From positions 74,744-138,743 of the forward strand of contig NW_019217843.1 in the NCBI RefSeq assembly GCF_002571385.2: 64,000 bases of DNA, in the 5' to 3' direction. Of this stretch, positions 11,821-23,455 are shown one piece after another (position 1 is the stretch's first letter; every line of letters starts with the position of its first letter). Below the pieces are notes generated by a model. The model did no database searches, had not been told where the DNA came from, and was given only the letters and a program-made list of their open reading frames with translations. The translations under genes were made by a program, and so were the position numbers. Origin of the DNA: Stylophora pistillata (lineage: Eukaryota).

Positions 11821-13449
11821 TAACTTAGAACAGAATCCTGTGAACACACGTGACACAAAAATAACATCCGACTACTGACTTGAAGACATTGACACAACTG
11901 AACAGAATGACCAAACTTTAATGACAACTTGAAACTTCATCAACTCAATCTGAGGATCGCTAAGTAAGTCCTACACTGCTAATAACATCACAGGAAAACT
12001 GACCAACTTCAGTGTCCAAGAACCAGACTTGACACTTGACTCCAATAATGACTTTAGTCGGATTGACGAAAGTTAAGTCAATATAACCAACAACAGAACT
12101 TTGCCAGCAGGACCACAGTAAGACCAACCTCCCTCACGCTGACGATTTACTTTAATTTACAATGAACAGTTTCGTTGTTTTCTTTTTCTCTATTTTTCTG
12201 GTACAAAAAGCAATGAGAATTTGAGGAAATTTATTTGGACGAAAACAACGTTTATAAAAGTCATTCAAATTTCGACAAAATTGAGTTGGGGAACCAACCT
12301 CGTTTGATAAAGAGAAGGAATTCAAATATATACCAAGTACAATGCCATCTTANTAACTTGGAACAGAATCCTGTGAACACACGTGACACAAAAATAACAT
12401 CCGACTACTGACTTGAAGACATTGACACAACTGAACAGAATGACCAAACTTTAATGACAACTTGAAACTTCATCAACTCAACCTGAGGATCGCTAAGTAA
12501 GTCCTACACTGTAGTGGTTTCGCTCAAGTTGGAAATGAAAGTCTCGTTCCCGGGTTGTTACACGCGCAATCGAAAACACCAAACCAATATGGATATACGA
12601 TTCTTTCCTTTATTGTTCCTACGTACTCCTATTCTTGTGGCCTCAGGGCATTTATCGAATCAAAGCGGTCAACTGAAATAGTTACATTAAGAAATCACTT
12701 AAATATTTGTTTCTTTTACAGCTAAGGAATGATCATAAAACCAAGCGCACGTGATATTGAAAAGGACTTAAACAGTGAAATCTAGCGAAACCTATAACTT
12801 CAGAATTACAAACCGACATAGCTTCATAGCCTTAAAGATAATTAGATTGCTGCTTACCAACGTTCGCGGGTCTTGATTTCTATCGAGATTTTCGCTCTAA
12901 CTTGTCTTCTAGTTTTCACTAACAGATCTTGATCTCGCGGGATCTTCTGAAGAACTGAAACGTGAGCTATACGCTATGCCTATCTATACTGCGGTAATCC
13001 CGGCGGTAGCGTAAATCAAACCACAAAATATTTCGCGACGTATTTCGATCCTAACGGAAGCGGTTACATACACTGCTAATAACATCACAGGAAAACTGAC
13101 CAACTTCAGTGTCCAAGAACCAGACTTGACACTTGACTCCAATAATGACTTTAGTCGGATTGACGAAAGTTAAGTCAATATAACCAACAACAGAACTTTG
13201 CCAGCAGGACCACAGTAAGACCAACCTCCCTCACGCTGACGATTTACTTTAATTTACAATGAACAGTTTCGTTGTTTTCTTTTTCTCTATTTTTCTGGTA
13301 CAAAAAGCAATGAGAATTTGAGGAAATTTATTTGGACGAAAACAACGTTTATAAAAGTCATTCAAATTTCGACAAAATTGAGTTGGGGAACCAACCTCGT
13401 TTGATAAAGGGAAGGAATTCAAATATATACCAAGTACAATGCCATCTTA
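11821..13449. repeat. Tandem near-identical duplication across contig join N12353 (probably two haplotypes)
   Basis: 11821-12352 matches 12354-12509 + 13074-13449 with a few SNPs. Confidence 0.85.
12510..13068 (-). mobile_element. Solo LTR (559 bp)
   Basis: TG...CA termini (TGTAGTGG...CGGTTACA); 5-bp TSD TACAC (12505-12509 / 13069-13073); absent from the duplicate copy at ~11970; AATAAA on the - strand near 12610. Confidence 0.85.
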
Positions 13450-16400
13450 AAACTTGTATTCACTGCTTTGTTGCATCAACTGAGGTCGGCTTCAGTTCAC
13501 AGGAGGACATTGGCTTCAACTTTGTGACCAGATTTTGAAATCATTCAAGTAAGTTTACGCTGTGTTTAGATCTCGGATGTCTTATTTTGGAACAAATGCA
13601 CCAATGTTCTCTTGTCGTTCTGGCTGCCATATTTTTAAAACTCGAATGGCTGGTTAGGAATGCTTCAGAAAACCCCCACGGGTTTTTATCGTTACATAAA
13701 ACAGTCTAAATGAGTTAATGTCACTGATGAAGGAATACAGATTCTTAATCGCAAAAACAAAGCAATTATTGGATCGGACGAGAGCAATTTAAGACATTAA
13801 AGCTCATCTACCAGTAAACAATTGATGTACACGAATATTGCCAAAGTTTTCGTTGTCGGATCGGTACAAAAGAATACTGATGTTTGTATCTCGAGGGAAT
13901 TTTAGTTTTGATTGGAATGAAGAAATTAAATTACTCTCAGTCGTGGAAAAATGGGGTCAGATTGAACGAACAAACGTGTATGCTAATCAAGCAGAGTTTA
14001 TCATTGATTGTTCCAAAAAGCAACTAAGAATTTTAAAAGGTTCTCGAGAGATTTTTTTTTCTAAAACCATAATTGAAACCACTCTCTAAGGAACGTGGGT
14101 AGCAAAAGAATACGGATTTTTGACATCGCATTCGCGCCAAATTCAAAGATTCTTCTTTGCATTTATTTTTTATCAAAGTTTTCACATGTTGCTAACGATG
14201 AATCATTACAGAATTTTACTGAAGAAACTCGGTTCTTAGTTGAACATCGTAATTAGACATTTTAAAGAAAACGTACTGATTTTGCAAAACGCGCGTGTGA
14301 GCCAAGAATACCGATGAGTGAACTCTGTGCATAGTCTCGTTCTGTTTAACAGTCGAAAGGTCAAAGTTTTTCTATAAAAATTGTTTGTCTTTATGCTGTT
14401 TTATGTTCCGATATCTTCTCAATTCGACCCTTTAAATCAAATAATTAATTACTGACAAAACCAGGCATTTGGTTTTAAAATGTAACGTAGTTTGTATATC
14501 TTTAAGTGGAGGGAAGATCGTTTGTGCTGTTTTTTGGTGTAACACAGGAATACAGGATTCAAAAAACTTCATAAATTACGGAAAATTTAGGTATAACGAC
14601 TTGATAATTTTTGTCTTATTGAATAAACAAATGGAGATTGAACTGACAAATCGCGTATTTTTATCAGCAAAACCAGATTTGATTAATTTGCTTCGGGAAT
14701 CCAGTTGATTATTTTTGGTGACTTGATTTGATGTCGAATTGGGCCTAATTGCATGTGACATGTCTTAGCTCTTGTAGCTATAATTCAAATAGTATGCTCC
14801 AATAAATTATTTGTTTTTTCAAATTTTTGAGATTTAATTTATCATTTGTCTTGGTATTTCTTCAGCAAGAGATTTTTGTAAATCAGATAAGCTTTTGGTT
14901 CAAATTTGGTCATTTTTTAAATTGACAAGAAAAAAAAAACGGAAAAACATCGAAGTCTTTTGTGGCCAAGCCAAAGAAAAATTAAAATGCTAATTTTTTT
15001 TTTGGTTTATTTCTCCGTACAAATTGCTTCAGGAACTCATTTCAAAATCTATATAATTTTCAGTATTTCTAATCCTGTGTCCTGTGTTACATTTGAGAAC
15101 AAGTTGCCTTAATGATCTTTTACCCAGAGAAAGCACCATGGAAAGATGTATACTAAAAAAACTAATTTGTAATCAAAACTTGACGGTAAAAAGACAATTG
15201 CATTTCGACGTTAAATTCCGTTTGAGCTGCTCATTCATTTACAAACCTTACATCATCTCGTGCAAGAATTTTTTTTTTCTTTTTTCAAAATTTTGTACTC
15301 TGATACAAAAAAGTTCATATTGACGGAAATATCGAGACCTTAATAATGTTTTTTGGAACGAAAAGATGAATTAGCTTCAAGGTTCTTGGATATTTTCTTG
15401 CACGAGGTGCCGTTTAAACACTTTTTTGGCGGAAAATTTCAAAGAGAGCCTCTTTTAAACTTTTGTCGAAAAAGTTGCTTGGAGAGACTCTGTGCAAACC
15501 GAACCAAATTTTCCCGCCAAAAGTCTTTTGTATATATACGAAGTTTTTTTCTTCACACTTTTTAATTTAATCGAAACTTAATTATCTAAATAAAGACTTA
15601 TTGAAATAAAAAACAACTGTTGTGAATTGAATTTGATTTATTAAAGACAATAAAGAAAAATAAAGATGACAAGAAATCTGTTTATTTTATTTGAGTCTTC
15701 ATTGTAGAACAAATATGCAAGAGACAGACAAACAAATAACTTTTATTTGAAGCAATGATACATATGCTGAGTAAAAAATTACGGCGCATGCGTATTTCAG
15801 GCGCCTGTATTTTTTCTAAGTCTTTTGGCGGGAAAACTCACCAAATTTGAACAAATGTTGCTTACAGAAAAACTTGGCGCATGCGTACCTGGATTTTTTC
15901 TAAGTTTTTTGGCGGGAAAATTAAGAGTTTTTGAAAAGCCCTCTAGCACAAGTTACGCTTGCAAAAAATCGAAAGTAGAATTAAAAAATCACTACATAAC
16001 TTTTCCTTACGCTTGGCTTCAAGTCCTCGATTTTGGGAAAAGATGAATTGGTCTGATTCGCCGTGTTCTTGGGAGAAAACTTTTACACCTCTACTAGCAC
16101 TGTCCTATAGCCTTTCTTGAAGGATTTTCACTCATCGAAGCAATAGGTATTTACAAGTCAGTCTGCAAGAAAATGAAAATAAAAGATGAATTAATATAAC
16201 GATTGCAAAAGATTTTACCTACACTTTTTCTCAAGCGATAATAATGTGTGAGTCGCTCGCAGAAACACCAAAATTTGATTATTTAGTAATGTTTGAAGAA
16301 CTTGAATCAGTATCTAAATCCTAAAGAGTAGTTTGTATCCGTATATTTGCTGACATATCTTATATGATTGTTTACGAATGTCACCTGCTGAAAAATTCTT

Positions 16401-18330
16401 GGTTGCCTTTGCTGTTGTTTAAAATGATTTCAGCTATTCACATTCCAGCAGGATACAATTTCAGTGAAGAAAAAACAAATTTAAATATTCGCTCTTAAAT
16501 GTTCCTCCAAGATCACGACGGAATTAAAAAAAATAATGTATATATATATATTTTGGTGGTTGCAATTACCATACATAACCTATCATATGCAGAGTTTATG
16601 ACGAAATTCTGTGTTCTTGTTCAAATTTGAAAAATCCGATACCCTCATGGGATCCAAATATTTCTGCAGGCTTTCATTTGCACCAAATAAACTTAATTCT
16701 TGGTACAGACGCGAAATTTGATGAATATTGGAACAGCAGCAAAACATGCAGTCCCTGAACGACTGCATGCTGTGGTCAAAAATGAAAAGCCGCAAGCTAT
16801 TCCTCTGACAACATTTGGTTTTAAAATTAGTCTTTGGTAAGAAATGACTTAAATAAAAACTTTTCGTTAAATATGTTAACTTAGACGAAAAAAAATATAA
16901 ACTTTTCGACGATGAATTCATTTCCTCTTAAAATTTTTCAATCAATTGTTGTTGTTGTCGTTGCTTTTTTACTAAAGCTGGGCAACTCGACTTGACATGT
17001 ATATTCAGCGATTAAGCTCTCAGAGGTTTTATTGAGTTGAACAAGAGAGGTTTAGATGAGTTGGTAATAAGCTATTTCAATCGAATTCAAAAGGAATTTT
17101 GCAAAAACGATTAAAGGTCTAAGTCAAGAAATGAATATTGGTGAACACTTTCTGCTTGGAGTCTTGGCCACAGAAGCTATAAACAAGGTTTTCAGCGAGC
17201 GAAGTGAAAAAGAGATACCAATTTCAGAACATGCTGAGCTTAAAATAATTATTAAGCTCCAAGGTTTTTTTCTGAGTAGAGTGACAAATCGAACGAAGTA
17301 AACTGAAAACAATTTTCACGGGGATTAAAATTTGTCAGAAATCTAGAGCAGCATTTCAGAAAAAAAAAGTCGAAAACATTTACTTTTGGATAATGGAGAA
17401 TTTGCTTTGAGCTTTAAGAATTAGGACATGGGCTCTAGGGTTTTTTTGCAAATTGACTAAGATAGAAAAGTTCCTATTTTGTTATGACATATCTGAGACT
17501 TGATAGAGATCTATATCTGAAAAAGACTTTTTTCTTGCAGCATAATAAATATGGTGTATTCCTCAAGAACCAAGAAAATTTCATTTTGAAAAAAGGATCA
17601 TTAAGAGGTCCCTAGAAAAACTCCATGGCAAAATAAATAAACAACACTAAATTGCCACAGAATATGGCATTTTGTTTAAACCTCACGAGCTGAATCATGA
17701 TTATAAATATCACTATTTCAATTATATAAGTGCATTAAACTTGGTCAAGATCGAAAATAGTCCTGTAAAATTGTGAGAAATAATACTTTTTGCAGGATAT
17801 AGATATAGATTTCAGCCTAAAAAGTGTATTTCATATAGCAACTGGGCTCCAAGGTTTCTTTTCAATGAAACATGTGCTAAAAAAATCCTAAATTTTTAAT
17901 GAAAACTATCAGAATATAAAACATATCAGAGCTCTTAACAAAACTTCAAGAAACAACTGAAATATCAACTTCTGACGCATTTCGACTTTGATTTCAATCT
18001 CAATAGCTAAGCCTTTCTATAAATGAGCTCAAAGGTTTTTGAATGGATCACCTAAAAAATGGTTTAATTTGGAAAAACGACTTCGGATTACTAAAACCAA
18101 TCAGTGACGGATTTAAATATGAATTCTGGAAATAATTTGGGAAATATCAAGGCTTAGAAAATTCCCTTTGAGTTTAGTTTGAGTCGTAAGAAATAAGTAA
18201 TTAACCCTTTCAATACCAAGTTCTGATCAGTACGTTAGTAGATCTCCTTACTTGTGAGTCAAACAATTCTTATGATGTTGTTCCGAGATCTTGGAATTGG
18301 ATCAACTAATAATTTATTCCCCCAAGACGG

Positions 18331-18589
18331 TTAGAGAAGTTTTCAACTGAGTTTCGAAATACCAAAACTAAAGCTACCGCGGCGACCAAAGGCTAACAAC
18401 ATCGTCAGCTAATGAGGACTCAAAGAAAAAAACAAGCAACTGCGCGGAGCGCGGAAAAACGCCAATGACAGAGATGAGATTGTTTTAAGTCTTGCATCTG
18501 ATTGGTCGAGAGGGTGAGGCGAGTTTTCTTGATCAATCACAGAGCGAAGCAAAGTTTTACTTTCAACACTCTAATGAAAATTTCTCTAA
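18331..18589. mobile_element. MITE (TTAGAGAAGTTTTCA...TGAAAATTTCTCTAA) nested in a TTAACCCTTT...AAAGGGTTAA element (~18201-18597)
   Basis: Terminal inverted repeats are visible for both elements. Confidence 0.55.
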
Positions 18590-19694
18590 AGGGTTAAACA
18601 ATTAGCCACAGGGTCCAAGGTGAATCACTGAAACGGGTAAAAAAGTCCTATGTCAGTTAATGAAAAACTCTGGAAGCAATTTAGAAGTCAACGTCTTTCT
18701 TTAGGGCATGCTATATCAATTTGTTTATGGTCTTTAGAACTATAACACTTGACATTTTAGTAGGTCCAGCACAAAAAAGGCGTCTTTTGGAAAACAACTG
18801 GTCGAACATCAAAATAATAACTAACTTACGGAATGAAGTCTAGAATAAATTTTTCAGATATTAATATATGGAGTATACTCGGAGATTGGTTTCAGCTTCA
18901 AGAGCTAGGACATTCATTTTAAGGTTTTTACAGAATAATTAACAAAAATTCAGACCATTAAACATATCAGAGATCTCAAAAAAAAAACTATCGATGATAT
19001 AGAAGTATTTATGATTGGAGCAGTATGAATTTGTTTATTGCCTCGATAGCTTAGAAGTTTTATATTTGGGCTGCACGATTCCTGAGAAAAATATAAATCA
19101 CTCCTAATTTAGTTATTTGAGTTATCATCCAATCGAAAAGAGAAGTCGCGAACAGCTCAGGAAATATTTGTATTTGGAGCATACACTTCGAGTTTGATTT
19201 TGGCCTTGAGAACTAAAATATTGATTCCAAGGTTTTTTATTGAATGAGGTAAAAAGTTTTGATTTCCAACAAATGAAAACATCAGACCATTAAACGTATC
19301 AGAGACCTACAAAACTCCAAAAAATTGAGAAATATTCATATCTATGGCATGATGAGTTTGTTACAGCCTAAAGAGCCATGAAATTTAACATAGAGGCCAC
19401 AAGGTTCTTTTTGAATTGAGGAAATTAGTTCTAATTAATTCAGAAAATGTGATGAGAGTTTTTGAACCATACCGTTCGAGTGTGGTCTTAGCATCAACAG
19501 CTGCAACGTTCTTTCCGTGGTTTTTTTAGAAGGTTCTATTGGTCAAGGAAAAAATAGTTTAGACCACATAACTTTAAAAAAATAAAGAAATTTGTGTTTG
19601 GAACATATTGAATTTGGTTTTTTGCCTCAAGTAGCTAAAAAAATTGCCATCAGCCTTCAAAATGATACTTAATGAATTGAGTAAACAAGAATTC

Positions 19695-20246
19695 ATAGAC
19701 ATGTAAAAACGAACGATATAATATCCCGACGTTTCGGCGACTTCATGACGCCATTATCAAGGGTACGAATGAAAANNNNNNNNNNNNNNNNNNNNNNNNN
19801 NNNNNNNNNNNNNNNNNNNNNNNNNNNNNNNNNNNNNNNNNNNNNNNNNNNNNNNNNNNNNNNNNNNNNNNNNNNNNNNNNNNNNNNNNNNNNNNNNNNN
19901 NNNNNNNNNNNNNNNNNNNNNNNNNNNNNNNNNNNNNNNNNNNNNNNNNNNNNNNNNNNNNNNNNNNNNNNNNNNNNNNNNNNNNNNNNNNNNNNNNNNN
20001 NNNNNNNNNNNNNNNNNNNNNNNNGTACGCGCGATCGAGCATAGTTGTTAATAAGTTTCGTTTGTACCGGTTGTCAACGGATACTATCCGTGCTAAAGTA
20101 TTTGTGTAGCTACCTCCCCTATGCAAATTAGTTGTAACTCTTGAACTCGCATTTGTTATTTTGTTTTCATTCGTACCCTTGATAATGGCGTCATGAAGTC
20201 GCCGAAACGTTCGTTTTTACATGTCTATGTATTACTAAATCTTTGT
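19695..20246 (+). mobile_element. Penelope-like retroelement, 5'-truncated with inverted pseudo-LTR; spans gap
   Basis: 13-bp TSD TAAACAAGAATTC (19682-19694 / 20247-20259); 19695-19775 is an inverted copy of the 3' terminal region; encodes the ...TDTIRAKVFV* tail shared with the GIY-YIG fragment at 33045-33485. Confidence 0.8.
19722..19766 (-). ncRNA. Minimal type I hammerhead ribozyme (U3-A8 core variant) in Penelope terminal repeat
   Basis: - strand GTACCC-TTGATAA-T-GGCG-TCATGAAGT-CGCC-GAAAC-GTC-GGGATA: stem I CCC/GGG, stem II GGCG/CGCC, GAAA, GUC site, palindromic ACGU stem III. Confidence 0.6.
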
Positions 20247-20862
20247 TAAACAAGAATTCTAGTGGCAATTTGAGAAATATCAATGTTCACGCATTGTGAA
20301 CTTTCACACTTTCCTACACTTACCAGTTTATTCTTAAGAAAAGTGCCCGTAGTTCAATTCGCTAAAAAAGGAAGTAACTGACCTTGTTAGTAGTATCTTT
20401 TTTTTTCTTCCCATCCTTGAATTTCTTGATTTCAAGACTTTATCTGTGTATGCTTGACTCTGGATAGAACAAAATGTAATGTGAGTACATACATAGCTCA
20501 CCTGTACTAAGGAAAGTAAGATTTTACTTGTACTAAAAAAATCAATATCTCCACCGAACAACTCAAACAGAGCCACCTCATTTTATTTTTGACAATTTAC
20601 ATCTTTTTCGAACAAAAATAACCAGAGATTTCAGTGCAATAACTTGCTGAATGCTCTAAGACAAAAAATAAAAAAAAAAAATCAGGGATTGCCCAGTTTA
20701 CCTTGCCTGGCTAGCCTTTGATATTAAAAAAAGAGGGTAAGATTTCTGCGCAACATCAAACTTGATGGTGTATAATGAAAAACACTAAATTGCCTACAGA
20801 ACCACGGCATTGTTTTAGAACGTTCTGACGTTGTACGGGAATCGTTCCAATAGGGGTTTACG

Positions 20863-21293
20863 TTAAACACGAAGGCGCGCTATCTAAGGAAGTCTTCCCA
20901 GGGAAGACCTAGGCTCATTTGTCACTCACCGTTGACGTGTGCGGGTCAAATTTAAATGCTAGTAGAGGAACAAAAGGAGCTAATAAGATATCTATTGTCT
21001 AGTTCCACCAGCATGGTGGCATGAGGTAACGTGCGAACCACCCACTTCGATCTCAAATTTATCGCCATAAATAAAGACAATTTCCATTGGAGAAACGAAA
21101 TACAAATCTCAAAAATTATTGTATTGTGATGAAGACATAAAACAAGTTTGAGGAATGCGCCCGCTGTTCACTACTATGGAGTAGCTGTAGTTCAAGCTGA
21201 CTTGGCTCTAAGAGTTCTACATCACACGACGGTTGATTGACAAATGGTCCAGTGGGACCTAAGGCTCCTTTTCTAGCGCGCCTTCGTGTTTAA
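20863..21293. mobile_element. MITE
   Basis: 20-bp perfect TIR TTAAACACGAAGGCGCGCTA / TAGCGCGCCTTCGTGTTTAA. Confidence 0.7.
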
Positions 21294-23455
21294 AACGTTT
21301 CCAAGGTTACCTTTTTAACCTGGCAGGGGGCTGGCAGTAAGACACTGTGAGCATGCATACTTGTATAAAATATTTGCATAAGTTCTGAAGCAAAGGAGAT
21401 GAGAGAGTAATTATGCGATTAACACAGTAAAAGTAAAGTACGAATTTCTCGTTGGTGCACTTGAAGTCACGTGATTTGAAAAACTGTCATGGCTGCTGCC
21501 AACAACGACGATTTGTATTACAATGTGAAGTGCGTTTCTTTTCTTTCCTTTATACATGAAACTCTGTTCGTTCAGGAGCAGAACCCAGCAGTGATGGACA
21601 CTTACACTACATTCAGTCTATCAAAAATGTATTTGTACGTAAGTTAACTACCTTTAGAAGATTTGTGACAAAATGACAGCCATTTATCCTCGAGTGGAAA
21701 CACTCAATTCGTCAGCCTCGAAGAAGCACATACCAGCCATGAAAGGAAGAGTGATATCCAAGATAATAACGTTAGAATGGTGTATTACCTGGCCCCATAA
21801 AAGCTGTCGGGACGTTGAAATTTCTGGAAGCTTGCAAGTTCTTTCCACGTGCAAGCTAGGAGGGCTCGCAAACATGAATATTAATGTTCTACATTATTTG
21901 TAATTCAATGAGTTTCTCAAAATTAAACAGGCGCACCGAAAGCCATCGAAAATTTCTTCGCTAAGTTTTGTTCGAAATAGGATAATCTGTAGTAGTTCAT
22001 TTCTAATTGGCCCTAGCTTTGTACAATGCAAAAGAAAGCTGCAAATATGGTAATGCTTGAAAACAGCTCGCCCTCGAATGCTGAACTTCAATATTAAAAC
22101 ATTTTTGGCCCCTTGAAGAACATTTCCTTTCAGCGAACAACTCGATGTGTTTTAGTTTGTCTTGGCATTTCGCGTTAGCGACGTTCTACTTTGCTTAAAA
22201 GGAACCTTAAGCAGTCTGGACGGCAACGCCAAGGAAGACTTGAAAAACGAATTTCTACTCTTAGTTAGAATTTCAAAAATAGCTGCATGAGCTTATTGTC
22301 TCATACGGCGCCACAGCTCAACTTCAGTATGACGTCTAAAAGTAGCGTTGAGTTCCAACTGGAAATTAAAATATTTGCCGTCGTGGTTTCGGCTCACAGA
22401 CGACGCAAATTTTGGCGATTTCACGTTGTTGTTTTGCANNNNNNNNNNNNNNNNNNNNNNATAAGCGCACAAATCACTCGTTCATGATAGAAGTAAATGT
22501 TTTCGTGCTGCGATTTTCATTATGAACGTAGCTGAATTCGCGAGCTTTTATTTCTATTGGTATCCATTGGTTTTGGCTGTTTTCTCGTTCCCTGGAAGGG
22601 TAGCACGCCATTTATGCAGAACCGAGACTGTGCACTGCGATCAAATTGATAAGATCTCCTACACGTCATGTCGCATTTTAAGAAAAAAATCTTCACTTTT
22701 CACAGCTCTATCTTCGTGTTACCCAAGATCCAAAAACACTGATTTAGCCCTTTCACGTGCAGGAGCGATGGAGTTGTAAATTTTTCCTGTAAAATCCATA
22801 CATAATCCAGCAAACAGGTTATGATTTTACTTTAACTCACCAGATAGTATTTGTCATCTTGACCATAACACCAAATTCTCACTAGACATTTACATGAAAA
22901 CGTGAAACAGCTAGAGGGGAGAATTCGCAATCAGATCTTCAGGGGCTAATGGATTAGGTTATAAGATGACAAAGAATCAGCAACCAGAAAGGATTTTTTT
23001 CACTGACTTTCTTTATTGTCAGTCAATTTCCACTACATTTTCCAAGCAACGGTAAGCAATCACTTTATACTACTTCCAACATGTTTTTTATTCAAATTAT
23101 CACCGAAATGTTATCGAACACTCGAGATTCAACGAAAAAGAAAACCAAGACAAACTTTTCCAAACATGTTTAACTCGGCTCAGCTTTATCACAAGCATTT
23201 CCTAACTTTGCCGTATTAATAATTACTACTTAAATATTTGACATCAACTTACACCTCGTCAGTCAGTTGAGCGTTTTTTTTTTCAGAATTTCTTTTTTTT
23301 AATTGTTGCAAATGCCGTTGTGACTCCTACACCATATTAGAACTCAAACTAAAATCAACGAAAATCAGATTTCTCGTGCTGATCTACTTTTGAAGTATCG
23401 TGCCCCAACAAGAACATGAAGCTGTGCAGTGTTATCAGCTTAACACATGATCTGT

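Noticed and set aside
12035-12150. Hammerhead-like remnant in a Penelope-type tail
   Set aside because: Core too degenerate (CCAATAA...GAAAG) to call a ribozyme.
16087-16921. ORF 16583-16921 (-) and nearby splice-like sites
   Set aside because: No recognisable domain; the putative downstream exons contain stops.
19743-20126. ORFs spanning the N gap
   Set aside because: Artefacts of undefined bases.
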